A program made the translations under genes and the position numbers. From Candidatus Saccharimonadota bacterium (GTDB lineage: Bacteria; Patescibacteriota; Gracilibacteria; BD1-5; UBA6164): a stretch of DNA of 32,000 bases. The notes beneath the pieces are model-generated. The model was not told the DNA's origin. It did no database searches and worked only from the letters and a program-made list of their open reading frames with translations. Below, in pieces: positions 10,606-20,200 of this stretch (the stretch's first letter is position 1; every line of letters starts with the position of its first letter). The DNA lies in the NCBI GenBank assembly GCA_004563595.2, contig CP042461.1, positions 1,050,001 to 1,082,000 on the forward strand, given 5' to 3'.

Positions 10606-11688
10606 CTATGAAATATTTTCCTTAATCAACTTCGGATTGTTTGAGTACTTCAATCATTCCTCTTGAGTAATATATCAACTATTAATAAAATTAATAATAT
10701 CTGTTTCTAATAATTGCATCCCTTCTCTTGATCACGTTTGTATCACTGAAGGAATTTGATGAAGATCATTTTCTCTTATCAAGTTTGAAATCGCTGAATT
10801 TTTTATCAGTATTTCTTTTGCTAACTTTAATCATGTCCCATCTTCTGTCTTCAAAAGTCTTTGAGAAAAAACAGCGACAAGTGAATCTGCAAGTTGTAAT
10901 CTAATCTGATTTTTATCTTCTGCATTAAAACTATCGAGTATACGTGTTACCGTTTGATAAGCAGAACGAGTATGAAGTGTAGAAAATACCAAATGTCATG
11001 TTTCAGCAAGCCTCAGTGCCATCTCCATTTCTTCTTTTGATCTCATCTCTCCAAAAAGAATAACATGAGGGTTTTGTCTCATCGCCCCCATTAGTGCACC
11101 TTCATATGACAGAACATCTCTTCATATTTCTTTGTGCTCAATAATAGACTTTTTATGTTTGTGAATATATTCTATTGGATCTTCAATGGTAATAATATGT
11201 TTACTTGTATTTGCATTGATATGGTCAATCATCGCAGCAAGTGTAGTTGTCTTCCCTGAACCTGTAGGTCCTGTTACCAAGATAAGTCACTGCCCTAATT
11301 TTGTAACATCCTCATATACACTCGTAAGTCATAGATCCTTAGTACTTGGTATTTTTAATGTTAGAAGTCTTAACACCACCATATAATTTCACATTTGAAA
11401 AGAGATATTACACCTTAATCTTCTTTCTCAAAATGAAAAAGAAAAATCTAGATTTCTATCTGTGATAAGCTTTTTATATTGATCTTCTGTGATAAGTGAT
11501 TGCATAAATTCATAGGTGTCTGTAGCTGTTAAAAGCTCAATTCCATCATCTATTTTTACAATATCTCATCCTATTTTTATTGCAGGATAGGTTCCTACTG
11601 TAATATACATATCTGACCCTTCGTTGTCGATCATTACTTGAAGAAGTTGATCTTTGAATATATGATCTGGTTTTAAAATCTCATTCAT
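10606..11688 (-). CDS. pilT: Type IV pilus retraction ATPase (PilT family)
   Basis: 360 aa. GSDMYITVG. Walker [42 protein letters not shown] and [10 protein letters not shown]. Ends with TAG at 10606..10608. Confidence 0.9.
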
Positions 11689-11751
11689 TCTCTCAAAAAA
11701 TTATGGAAATATTCTATTAATATTATTGTATCATATTCTGGATAAAGCCAC

Positions 11752-11786
11752 AAAAAAAACACTGATTTTTATCAGTGTTTTTTTTA
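11752..11786 (-). terminator. Intrinsic terminator after the surface-protein gene
   Basis: aaaaaaaacactgat-tttt-atcagtgtttttttt. Confidence 0.7.
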
Positions 11787-11798
11787 ATCTATATTATT

Positions 11799-12659
11799 TT
11801 ATTTTTGAAACTTTTTTCTCAGAAATATAAATCCAGTTAACAGTGTAGTAAATAGTAATACTATTCCAGTTTCTGTTCCTGTTTGAGGACTTGCAGCTGC
11901 ATTAAGAGCTACTTCTTCTAAGTTTTCAATTTCTTCTGTAGTTTCTTCAGCGTTGAGTAAATCATCATCTGAAAGAAGTGCATCAATTGAGAGTTCTTCT
12001 TCTTGTACTCCTTCTAATGTATCAGATGTTTCAAAATTGTATAAGTCATCATCTAATACAATTTCAGTTCCCATTATATCTTTTAATGAAAGTACAATAA
12101 TCATATAGTTAAAGTTTTTTTCAAACGTTTCAGCAATAGATAATTGTAATTTATTTTCTGCACTATTATATGTCATTGCATCTACTGTAAGTTCACTTAG
12201 AAGTTTAAATTCAAATTCATCTTCAGTAAGTGCTTCAAAGAAAACAACTTCTAATGTCCTTGTATCTTTTACAATAACTTTTACAATACCTTGTTCAGTT
12301 GGAACTATTTCATTCATAATTTCTACATCCTCAAGTGAATCAGTAGTAGTAAAATCTATATTTCCATCAGCTCCAAAGATACTTAATAAGCTATAGTTAT
12401 TCCCTGTTTTTAAATCTTCATTTAATGTAAGGATTACTTTGCTTGCATCATTAAAGTCTTTTGAAGCAAAAGTTATATTAATATCTTTTAAAACTTTCAT
12501 TTCACCTTCTACCGTATCCCCGAGAGTAATATCTTGTGATAATTGAAGATTTATATTTTTAGTATCTGCTACTTCCACTGTATCAATATTTGCTGCATGA
12601 ACAGAAGTGATACATAAAGTAGTAATAAACATAAATAATAGTGTTCTTATATTTTTCAT
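11799..12659 (-). CDS. Secreted surface protein with C-terminal sortase-type sorting signal (SPQTG + TM + basic tail)
   Basis: 286 aa, intact even in the standard code (no TGA). Signal peptide MKNIRTLLFMFITTLCITSVHA. Acidic body. C-terminus ...AASPQTGTETGIVLLFTTLLTGFIFLRKKFQK has the LPXTG-like tripartite layout. Confidence 0.75.
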   Translation of the reverse strand: MKNIRTLLFMFITTLCITSVHAANIDTVEVADTKNINLQLSQDITLGDTVEGEMKVLKDINITFASKDFNDASKVILTLNEDLKTGNNYSLLSIFGADGNIDFTTTDSLEDVEIMNEIVPTEQGIVKVIVKDTRTLEVVFFEALTEDEFEFKLLSELTVDAMTYNSAENKLQLSIAETFEKNFNYMIIVLSLKDIMGTEIVLDDDLYNFETSDTLEGVQEEELSIDALLSDDDLLNAEETTEEIENLEEVALNAAASPQTGTETGIVLLFTTLLTGFIFLRKKFQK

Positions 12660-12752
12660 ATATATGGTAAGTTATGTGTAATAAATAATGTACTTCTATT
12701 ACATCATATTTTTATTTATGAGTCAAATATATTATGCTCCAAAGTATCTTTT

Positions 12753-12819
12753 TGTACTTAAATTCTAATCCATCCCCTTTCACTTCGTTACAGGTACTTC
12801 CTTTGACAAAGGAAGAAAT
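12753..12819. repeat. Solo copy of a ~60-nt intergenic repeat unit (same family as 28107..28260)
   Basis: tgtacttaaattctaatccatcccct...ggtacttcctttgacaaaggaagaaat aligns with both arms of the 28.1-kb palindrome. It contains the hairpin cttccttt/aaaggaag. Confidence 0.5.
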
Positions 12820-12846
12820 TAAGAGTTACCAATAGCTACTTAATTA

Positions 12847-13845
12847 TTAATTCATAACTACTCCGTAAACTCCTTTTACAACTTCTTTCATTTTAGTAAA
12901 ATCAAGTGTATCAATCGTGTCTTCTAGCGTGTGATAATACTTATTTCTCAAAAAAGATGTATCTGTGATCATATATGCTTTATATCATAGGTCCCAATAA
13001 CTTCTATGGTCTGAGAATGATACTCCATGAATGAAATCTGGTGCATTTATCGACCAGACATCAATCTCTGAATTTGCAAGCATGTTATATTTTATATCTT
13101 TTAGGCTCATATCTCATAATTGTCAGATAAGAGCTATAAAATCTCATTTACTCGGGTAGATCCGGCTTAAAAATCTCAATGGATACTTCTGGATTTTTTC
13201 ATCACTAAAATATCAAATCATTTCAAGTGAAATCATATATTGTATATCAATATTCTGGTCTTTTAAAGATTTTGCATGTATATAGCTTCACATATTATTC
13301 CCTGCAAAATAAGGGAGTTCTTCCAATGTATACGCTACAAATTCGATACTATTCTTCAAATTATTTTTATCTTTTCCTACGAGTCTTGTAAGTTCCAAGA
13401 GTCCTGCTACTCATGATGCATTATCATCAGCTCACCTAAAAGTTAAGCCCTCAGGATTTTCATCTAAATATCAACTCCCATCAACATCATAATGTGCTCA
13501 TATAACGATTTTCTGAGGATTTTCTCCATCAAAACTACAAATTACATTTTTATATTCATCTTTTCAGATTGTATATGGTTGATACGTTACTGAATCACAG
13601 CCTGATTCTTGAAAGTGTGTAAATATGTACTGTGCAATTTCATTGAGTCTTTTTGTATTTTTATAATCTCTTTGTTCAACTGTCTCTGTTAAATATGAGA
13701 CATGTTTTTTAAGGTTTTCTTCGCTTATATCTATCTTAATACTACTCTTTGTTACTCATAAGTAGATTGGATTTATGAGTAGATGGAGAATAATAAGGAT
13801 TGTTAGTATAAATGAGGTGTAGATAAGGAGTTTTATTTTTTTCAT
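12847..13845 (-). CDS. M28-family zinc aminopeptidase, N-terminally membrane anchored
   Basis: 332 aa. TM LLIYTSFILTILIILHLLI. Motifs IVIGAHYD, RGADDNASGVAGLLEL and SFSDHRSYW are typical of M28 peptidases. Confidence 0.85.
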
Positions 13846-13925
13846 GGGGATGGTGTGGTTAAGGTTAATTTTATATCAAAAATATTATATGAATAACTTT
13901 CAATTGATGCTTTTTCAAGAAAAGC

Positions 13926-15563
13926 CTACTTATCAGAATCTTTATCTACTAATAAATTTTCCGAAAGTATCTTCAATTCATTTATAAATGAAGGAATAAA
14001 TCAATAATCTTTAAATTTATCCACCATCAAACTTGCTTTTACAGATTTAGATCTAGTTAAAAGATTTACTTCATCTTTCATAGCTTGTAACTCTTCTTTT
14101 TCATTATTTTTTAAAAATTCTTTTTCAATAGTCTCTTCAAAATCTCATTCTAATATTACTAAATTTCCATTACTAATATTCTTATTTTTAAAAAGATTTA
14201 TATTTTCTGTAATATCTGTAATAGGAATATTAAAACATTTAGAAATTAACTCATTAGATTTTTCTTTACCATTTGTGCTATCATTATCAAAAATACAAAT
14301 TACAGGAATTCAAAATTTATGAAATAATCTCCAATATTTTGGAATTTCACCTTTTCCACCTACTCATAAAATTGAAATTCAAAGTGAATTATAGTTAAGT
14401 CATATCGTTTCAAAATATTTGGGAATAGTAATTTCTTCTGTAGATCATTCTCATAATATTATTAATCTACTGAAAAATCATTCAGTTAAACGATAATTTG
14501 ATATCGATTTATAGAAATTTCTCACTTTATCTTCACTATTTCAATGAGGTCATCATGTATTATTTGTAAAATCTAATAGTTCAGAGCATGTTAGCTTACA
14601 AATTTTAGAGTATGTTCTTCATTCATTTTCTTCATCATCAACTTTATAAATTCTTCTAATAGATTCAAAGTTATATATCTCTAAAAAATTTGAATCATGA
14701 GTTGTGTAAATTACCTGTAATCAACGATCTGCAATTTCTTTCAATATTTCAAATAAATGCTTCCTAGCCTGTGGATGTAAATATATTTCAGGCTCTTCTA
14801 TTGCAATAATTCATGATGCTCAACGAAAGTTTTTAGCATAACTTCTTAATAAAGAAATGATTGTTAGATTTTTAGCTCAATCTCATAGTTCTTCAATATC
14901 TATATTATTTCCAACATTAGGGTCACTAGCAAGTATGTTAATTGTCTTAAAATAATTATTTGGAGTGAAAGGCTTAAAATCAATATCTAATTTATAAGGA
15001 GAATCTGATTGCATCTCATTAAAAAAAGATTTAAAATCTCTTTCAAAGTTAGAAAAGCTCTCAACTTCATTAAAAATATCTTTAACACTATCAAAATGAG
15101 TTGCTAGTTTTAATTTTTGCTCATCATTTATTGATTTGTTAAAACTTTTTGAAATTTTTGACATCAAAGACCATTTATTAAATGATGTATCTTTAGATAT
15201 GCTTCTCTCTGCTGATAAGTATGTGCAAGGGAATTCATCTTTTATACTTGTATAAATTTTTCATCAAGAAGAATCACAATATTCTGGCCACTTTTCTCAA
15301 CTATCAAATGTGACATAGCTTCAATTATCAAATACTATTTTTATTAAAATAACTTTTTTTGTATCTCAACAATAATAATCATATTCCTCTAGCCTATCTC
15401 CATTAACCCAACTCTCTCATAGAACTAAATCAATTGCCCTCAAAAAATTTGATTTTCATGCATTATTTGCTCATATTATTGATACAATTCAATTTTCAGG
15501 GAATTCTAAGACTTCATCCTTTATACTTCTAAAATTTTTAATATGTACTTTTTTTATTTTCAT
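13926..15563 (-). CDS. OLD-family nuclease (ABC-type ATPase fused to Toprim domain)
   Basis: 545 aa. N-terminus IKKVHIKNFRSIKDEVLEFPENGIVSIIGANNAGKSNFLRAIDLVLGE, where both Walker A glycines are TGA. LGDGAKNL, Walker B IIAIEEPEIYLHPQ and YTTHDSNFL. C-terminal Toprim IILGEGSTEEI ... GISILGVGGKGEI ... PVICIFDND. Ends with TAG at 13926..13928. Confidence 0.85.
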
Positions 15564-15689
15564 AATAGATTTTTATAAATTACCTATTTACACTCTTCAC
15601 TCACAACGTATTGAATTTCAACCATTTCTTCATTTTATAAAAGTTAATAATTATTTGTTTAATGAAAATTAAGTTAAATACCAAAAGAT

Positions 15690-15730
15690 ATAACAATAAT
15701 ACCATGACTTCGCCTTGGTGTTATTGTTAT
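15690..15730 (-). terminator. Hairpin at the 3' end of the rhs/orphan/immunity unit
   Basis: ataacaataatacca pairs with tggtgttattgttat (one wobble). On the minus strand it is followed by atcttttgg. It overlaps the stop of the immunity gene. Confidence 0.45.
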
Positions 15731-16077
15731 ACAGACATTAGTATTCATAAATATGTTCATCATACAATTCATGATAATATAGCAATAATAAATGAAATTC
15801 TCAAAATATATTTTTTTGTAAATAATGAAACATTATAAAGAAAAACCATTAATAAATAATTATAAATAGTGATAATTATAGCTTTTATTTCATCTACTCA
15901 ACTCGGTAATATTTCAGCTAACCAAAAAGAATTATTAAAATTATAAACAAAAATTAAATTTATATAATTCCATTTATAGCTAGTTGAAAGATCAATTATA
16001 GTAAAAAGTATTGGAATGATACTTAACCATAAAAATCAAAAAATAATTTTACTGTTTAATATATTTTTTTTATTCAT
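15727..16077 (-). CDS. Putative immunity protein for the orphan Rhs toxin cassette (small polytopic membrane protein)
   Basis: 116 aa, ATG 7 nt after the orphan cassette stop. MNKKNILNSKIIFGFLWLSIIPILFTIIDL...FIIAILSGIVGGTYLGILMSV. It has several hydrophobic segments. Its size and position match the gene at 16874..17227. Confidence 0.6.
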
Positions 16078-16083
16078 AATAGT

Positions 16084-16887
16084 TTAGTTATTATTTAAAG
16101 TATTTCACCACTCAAGATAAGTATCTACATCATAATCTTTATGTAATCCAGGGTTTAAAATTGGAGAATAAAAATTATATGTTCATATGTATTTATCATT
16201 CGTCAATTTTTCTGAATTTTTATAAAAAATTATTTCTCTATGTCAATTAGGTGAGACAAATTTTCTCTCTATTCATCATACATTATAATCTTGATGAAAA
16301 AAGGCTCAAAGATATGCCGATCAACGAAATTTAGGTTCCTCCCATAATTCATCTTTAGCATGATCAATAGATGTAGGTAAATTAATATTATATCTATTCC
16401 TATCATAATGTAATTGTTTAGCTATTTTTTCTGCAGGTAATAACTCATCATATGCAATTTTTCTTGTTTCCTGAAGTCTCTGTATTAAATTATTTTTACC
16501 TGTTATCATTGGGTATTTATAAGCTTCTGTAATTTTTTGGTTAATTGACTTAAATATAAGTTTTTTTTCTAAATAATCATCATAAGCTTTCACAAATTCC
16601 TTAGCAGCTAACCCCATTCTATCAACAAACCCAACTGGATTATTCCCAACATACGCATACAAATTCACATCATCACTTATATCTATAGGATCTCTACTTA
16701 TAAATCTCCCCAGTTGTGGATTGTAATATCTTGCTCTGTTGTAGTAGAGCTTGAGTTCTTTTTCATATTCATGATCTGTATACAGTCTTGTGTTTCAAAT
16801 CGCTCATTTTTCATTGTATCTTTTGAAAAAATAAAACCAAGACAGTTCTAATATCTTAGTTTTATTTAGAATATTAAGCTGTAATAT
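16084..16887 (-). CDS. Orphan Rhs C-terminal cassette (core-end fragment + variable toxin domain), no canonical start codon
   Basis: The frame is open from the TAA at 16888..16890 down to TAA 16084..16086. It reads ...IGNTRLYTDHEYEKELKLYYNRARYYNPQLGRFISRDPIDISDDVNLYAYVGNNPVGFVDRMGL followed by a ~174-aa CT domain. The first in-frame ATG is the M of DRMGL, so this is probably a silent or displaced cassette. Confidence 0.7.
16567..16801 (-). repeat. 235-bp direct repeat (Rhs core-end), copy in the orphan cassette
   Basis: Colinear with 17715..17949 at a constant offset of 1148 bp. The central part (…aaccccattctatcaacaaaccc…ctccccagttgtggattgtaatatcttgctctgttgtagta…) is nearly identical. Confidence 0.85.
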
Positions 16888-17227
16888 TTAGAAAGAAGAA
16901 TCAAAATATAGAAGATAATATTCATAAAATGAGAGTATACATATATATATTGTTTACTTTAGCATTTATCATAATTTTAGTATAAATAAAAACTAATATA
17001 AAATTAAATATAAATAAAATAATAATATAGAATATTGTATCTTGAATACTAAATGGTATTGGTAAAAATAGGTTTCATAGAAGTCACCCTAAATATGTTT
17101 TATAAACAAATAATATATCATGATTTTTATATCATTTTTCAAATAAAATTGTACTTATTGAAGCAAGTAATGGTATAAAATTTATTAAACCAAAATTAAT
17201 ACTTGTTTCTTTTATATATTTTCACAT
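16874..17227 (-). CDS. Putative immunity protein for the main Rhs toxin (small polytopic membrane protein)
   Basis: 117 aa, ATG 17 nt after the Rhs stop. MGKYIKETSINFGLINFIPLLASISTILF...IFYIIILFIFNFILVFIY...LILGILSSIFGFFFLNITA*. Its stop (16874..16876) lies within the open orphan-cassette frame, which reaches up to 16887. Confidence 0.6.
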
Positions 17228-17243
17228 AAATTATTAGTTAAAA

Positions 17244-20200
17244 TTAAAATCAGGTTTTTCTTCATAATAATGAAGTATTATCATTATATGAATTTCACCA
17301 TTCATAATAAGGACTTATATCATATTTACTATGTAATATAGGCTCATCCACAGGACTAAAAAAATTATAAGTTCATATATCTTCATCATCAGTTTCTAAA
17401 TACCCTCTGTGAGTATATACAACTTCTTGATGTCAATCAAAAGATACAAACTTTTTATTTGGTACATGCAACGGTGCAGTTTGTTGATGATATAATGCTT
17501 TTCAATAAGATAATTGATTCCATTTATCTTTATCTAAATTTTTTAATTCATATGATTGATTTAAAGTGTTAAAATCATTTCTATTATAATGCAAATCTCT
17601 TGCTAACTTTTGTTTTCTATTAAATTCATTTGTTAATTGTTGCTTTTTATATGAATTCAAAAATAAAAATCAAAGATCTTTACCTCATCAAAAATTATAT
17701 ATTTTTGATTTTATTTCCAAATAATCATCATAAGCCTTCACAAACGCCTTAGCAGCTAACCCCATTCTATCAACAAACCCAACAGGATTCCCTCCAACAT
17801 AAGCATACAAATTCACATCATCACTAATATCAATCGGATCTCTACTTATAAATCTCCCCAGTTGTGGATTGTAATATCTTGCTCTGTTGTAGTAAAGCTT
17901 TAATCCCCTATCATATTCTCTTCCAGTATACAATCTCGTGTTTCAAATCTTGGACTTCTTGAGTCTGGTTATTTTTCCATTCTCTTCTTTTGTATACGGT
18001 TTTCAAAATACATCATATGCGTACTCCTCAACTATACTACCAGTTTCATCTGTGATTGCAATAATACTTCATAGGTGGTCTTTTTGGTAGTAATAGGTAT
18101 TGGTTTCTACGTAACTTTCTTTGATCTTTCTGGTCTTTGCCTTACCATTTGCGTTTATATATTCTTCTTCTATCTTTCTTGTCTTGTAAGCTATTATATT
18201 CATAGAAATGATGTCATCTATTGAGTTTCAATAAATAAACTCTTTTGAATTCTTTAGCTTGTCTTTTTTAGAGTAGTTTTCTTCTCAGATGATGTCTTGG
18301 TTTGAGTAATAGTATTTTCTATAACTTCCGTTATTTAATTTCTTTTCGATTCTTCTTCATAGGACATCATAGCTTATTTCTACTATTCTTTTGATCTGCT
18401 CTATTTCTTCTGTTTCAATATCATTTACCTTTTTGTAGATATTTTTTTCTACTTTAATTAATCTATTTTTGTAATCATAGCTGTAGATGTATTGTCTTTT
18501 ATTATTCAGATTATTTCAAATGAGATTTCCATTATTATCATAGATGAGTCTTCATTCAAGTTCTATTTCTTCTGTTTCTTCGAGGCTTTCCTCAATAGCG
18601 TCTGATTCTTCTTCTATGAATTCTGCTTCTGTAATAATTTCAGTGCTAATTATTTCTATTGTTCCCGTTCCTGTTGGAGTTTCTATTGTGCCTGTACTGG
18701 TTTCTTCTTCTATTTCTTCTATGTCTACATAGATTGATCTATCAAGGTATTGGTTCAGATTATTTGTAGCATAAGCAAATTTCTTTTCTCTTTGAGTTCC
18801 GTTTTTTGTGAGTTTTGTTAGGATTTCTCTGCTTCTGTTTCACATCAAATCATATTCAAAACTTTCTGATGATTTGTTTTTGTGTTTTGTTTGGTAGTTT
18901 GTAGTGGTAATTCTGTCTTGAGTATCATAGCTATATGAATCTACTCCGTTTGAAACGATATTTCATTGAGTGTTGTATGTGTAGTTATAGTTTCAGAGTG
19001 AACTTAATCTTGAGAGAGCATCATAACTGTAATTTGTTACTACTCAATTTCAGAGTGTTTTACTGAGTTGTGTGAAACTATCATATGTATAGTTTGCTAT
19101 ATTTTGGTCATTTCTTGTAATACTTGTTCATCTGTTTGCTCCATCATATGTATAGTTTGTAGATATGGCTTCTACTCCCTCTCCTGCAGGAGAGGGTTGG
19201 GGTGAGGTTATACTTGTTCTATTTCATGAAATGTCATGTGTATATGTTATCGTTTTATCTGAATTTGTTTCATTTACGAGTCTTCATAAACTATCATATT
19301 CAAATCATAGATCATTTCACTCATTATCAGTGGCACTTATGAGTCTTCATAATGCATCGTATTCATATATTTCACTGGTTACTCATCATACTCATACTCA
19401 TGTTTGAATATCTCTTTGTTTGAGTCTGTTGAGTCTATCATAATTGTTTACAACAACGGTTCCATTTGGATCTGTTGTTTTGTTGAGGTTTCATGATATA
19501 TCATATTCATATCTCATTACTTGTTGATCTGGATATGTGATTGTAACAAGTTGTCAGAGGTCATTATAATCATAGAGAGTAATATTGTCATTTGCATCTG
19601 TTACTTTTTCAAGATTTCAATTGATATCATAACTATAATTTATTGTTCTTCATTCATGAGATTCTGATAATATATTTCAACTATAATCATATGTATAATG
19701 GGTTATTCATCCATCTTTATCAGTTTTTGTGATAACTTGATTGAGTTTATTATATGCATAGCCCTCAAAATCTCCATTATTATCTATTTCTTTTATGAGC
19801 CTTGAATCTGTATCATATTCATAACTCGTTCCTATAGTCTTCCCTGTTGTTCAAACTATTTTTTTCTCTGTTATTTTATCATTTTTATTATAACTGTGGG
19901 TGATAATATTACCGAGTGTATCTGTAGCTGTTGTTAGTCTATTGAGAGTATCATAACCGTACAGTGTAGAGTTCCCTTTTGGGTCTACTGTTTCTATAAT
20001 ATTTCATATGGCATCATATTTTGTTTTTGTTGTTATTGTTTCATTTATGGCTAAGAGTATTTTTTTATTTTCAATCACTCTTCATAATATATCAAATGTG
20101 TTTTGCTCTTTTAATACTAAAGTATTATTTCCATCAGAAACTCGTGCTTCTGTTATTCCTCATAATGCATCATACTCTAACTGAGTAGTTGTAAAGTGTG

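Noticed and set aside
9913-11386. Track ORFs 9913..10101 (-) and 11186..11386 (+).
   Set aside because: They are antisense to the pilin and pilT genes respectively. Both of those genes have strong family motifs on the opposite strand.
12808-12826. Hairpins cttccttt/aaaggaag (here and at 28146..28160 and 28202..28220), considered as intrinsic terminators.
   Set aside because: They are not followed by a U-run in either orientation, and canonical terminators exist nearby (for example 28260..28294). They are treated instead as part of the repeat-element family.
13926-15563. OLD-type ATPase-Toprim protein, considered as GajA of a Gabija system or AriA/AriB of PARIS.
   Set aside because: No UvrD-like helicase (GajB) or separate DUF4435/Toprim partner is adjacent. 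The neighbours are an M28 peptidase and the Rhs immunity gene, so only a solitary OLD-family nuclease is claimed.
18544-19407. + strand ORFs 18544..18732 (Ser-rich) and 19165..19407 inside the rhs region.
   Set aside because: They are antisense to the continuous YD-repeat frame. Their composition mirrors the acidic insert and the GC-rich palindrome on the coding strand.
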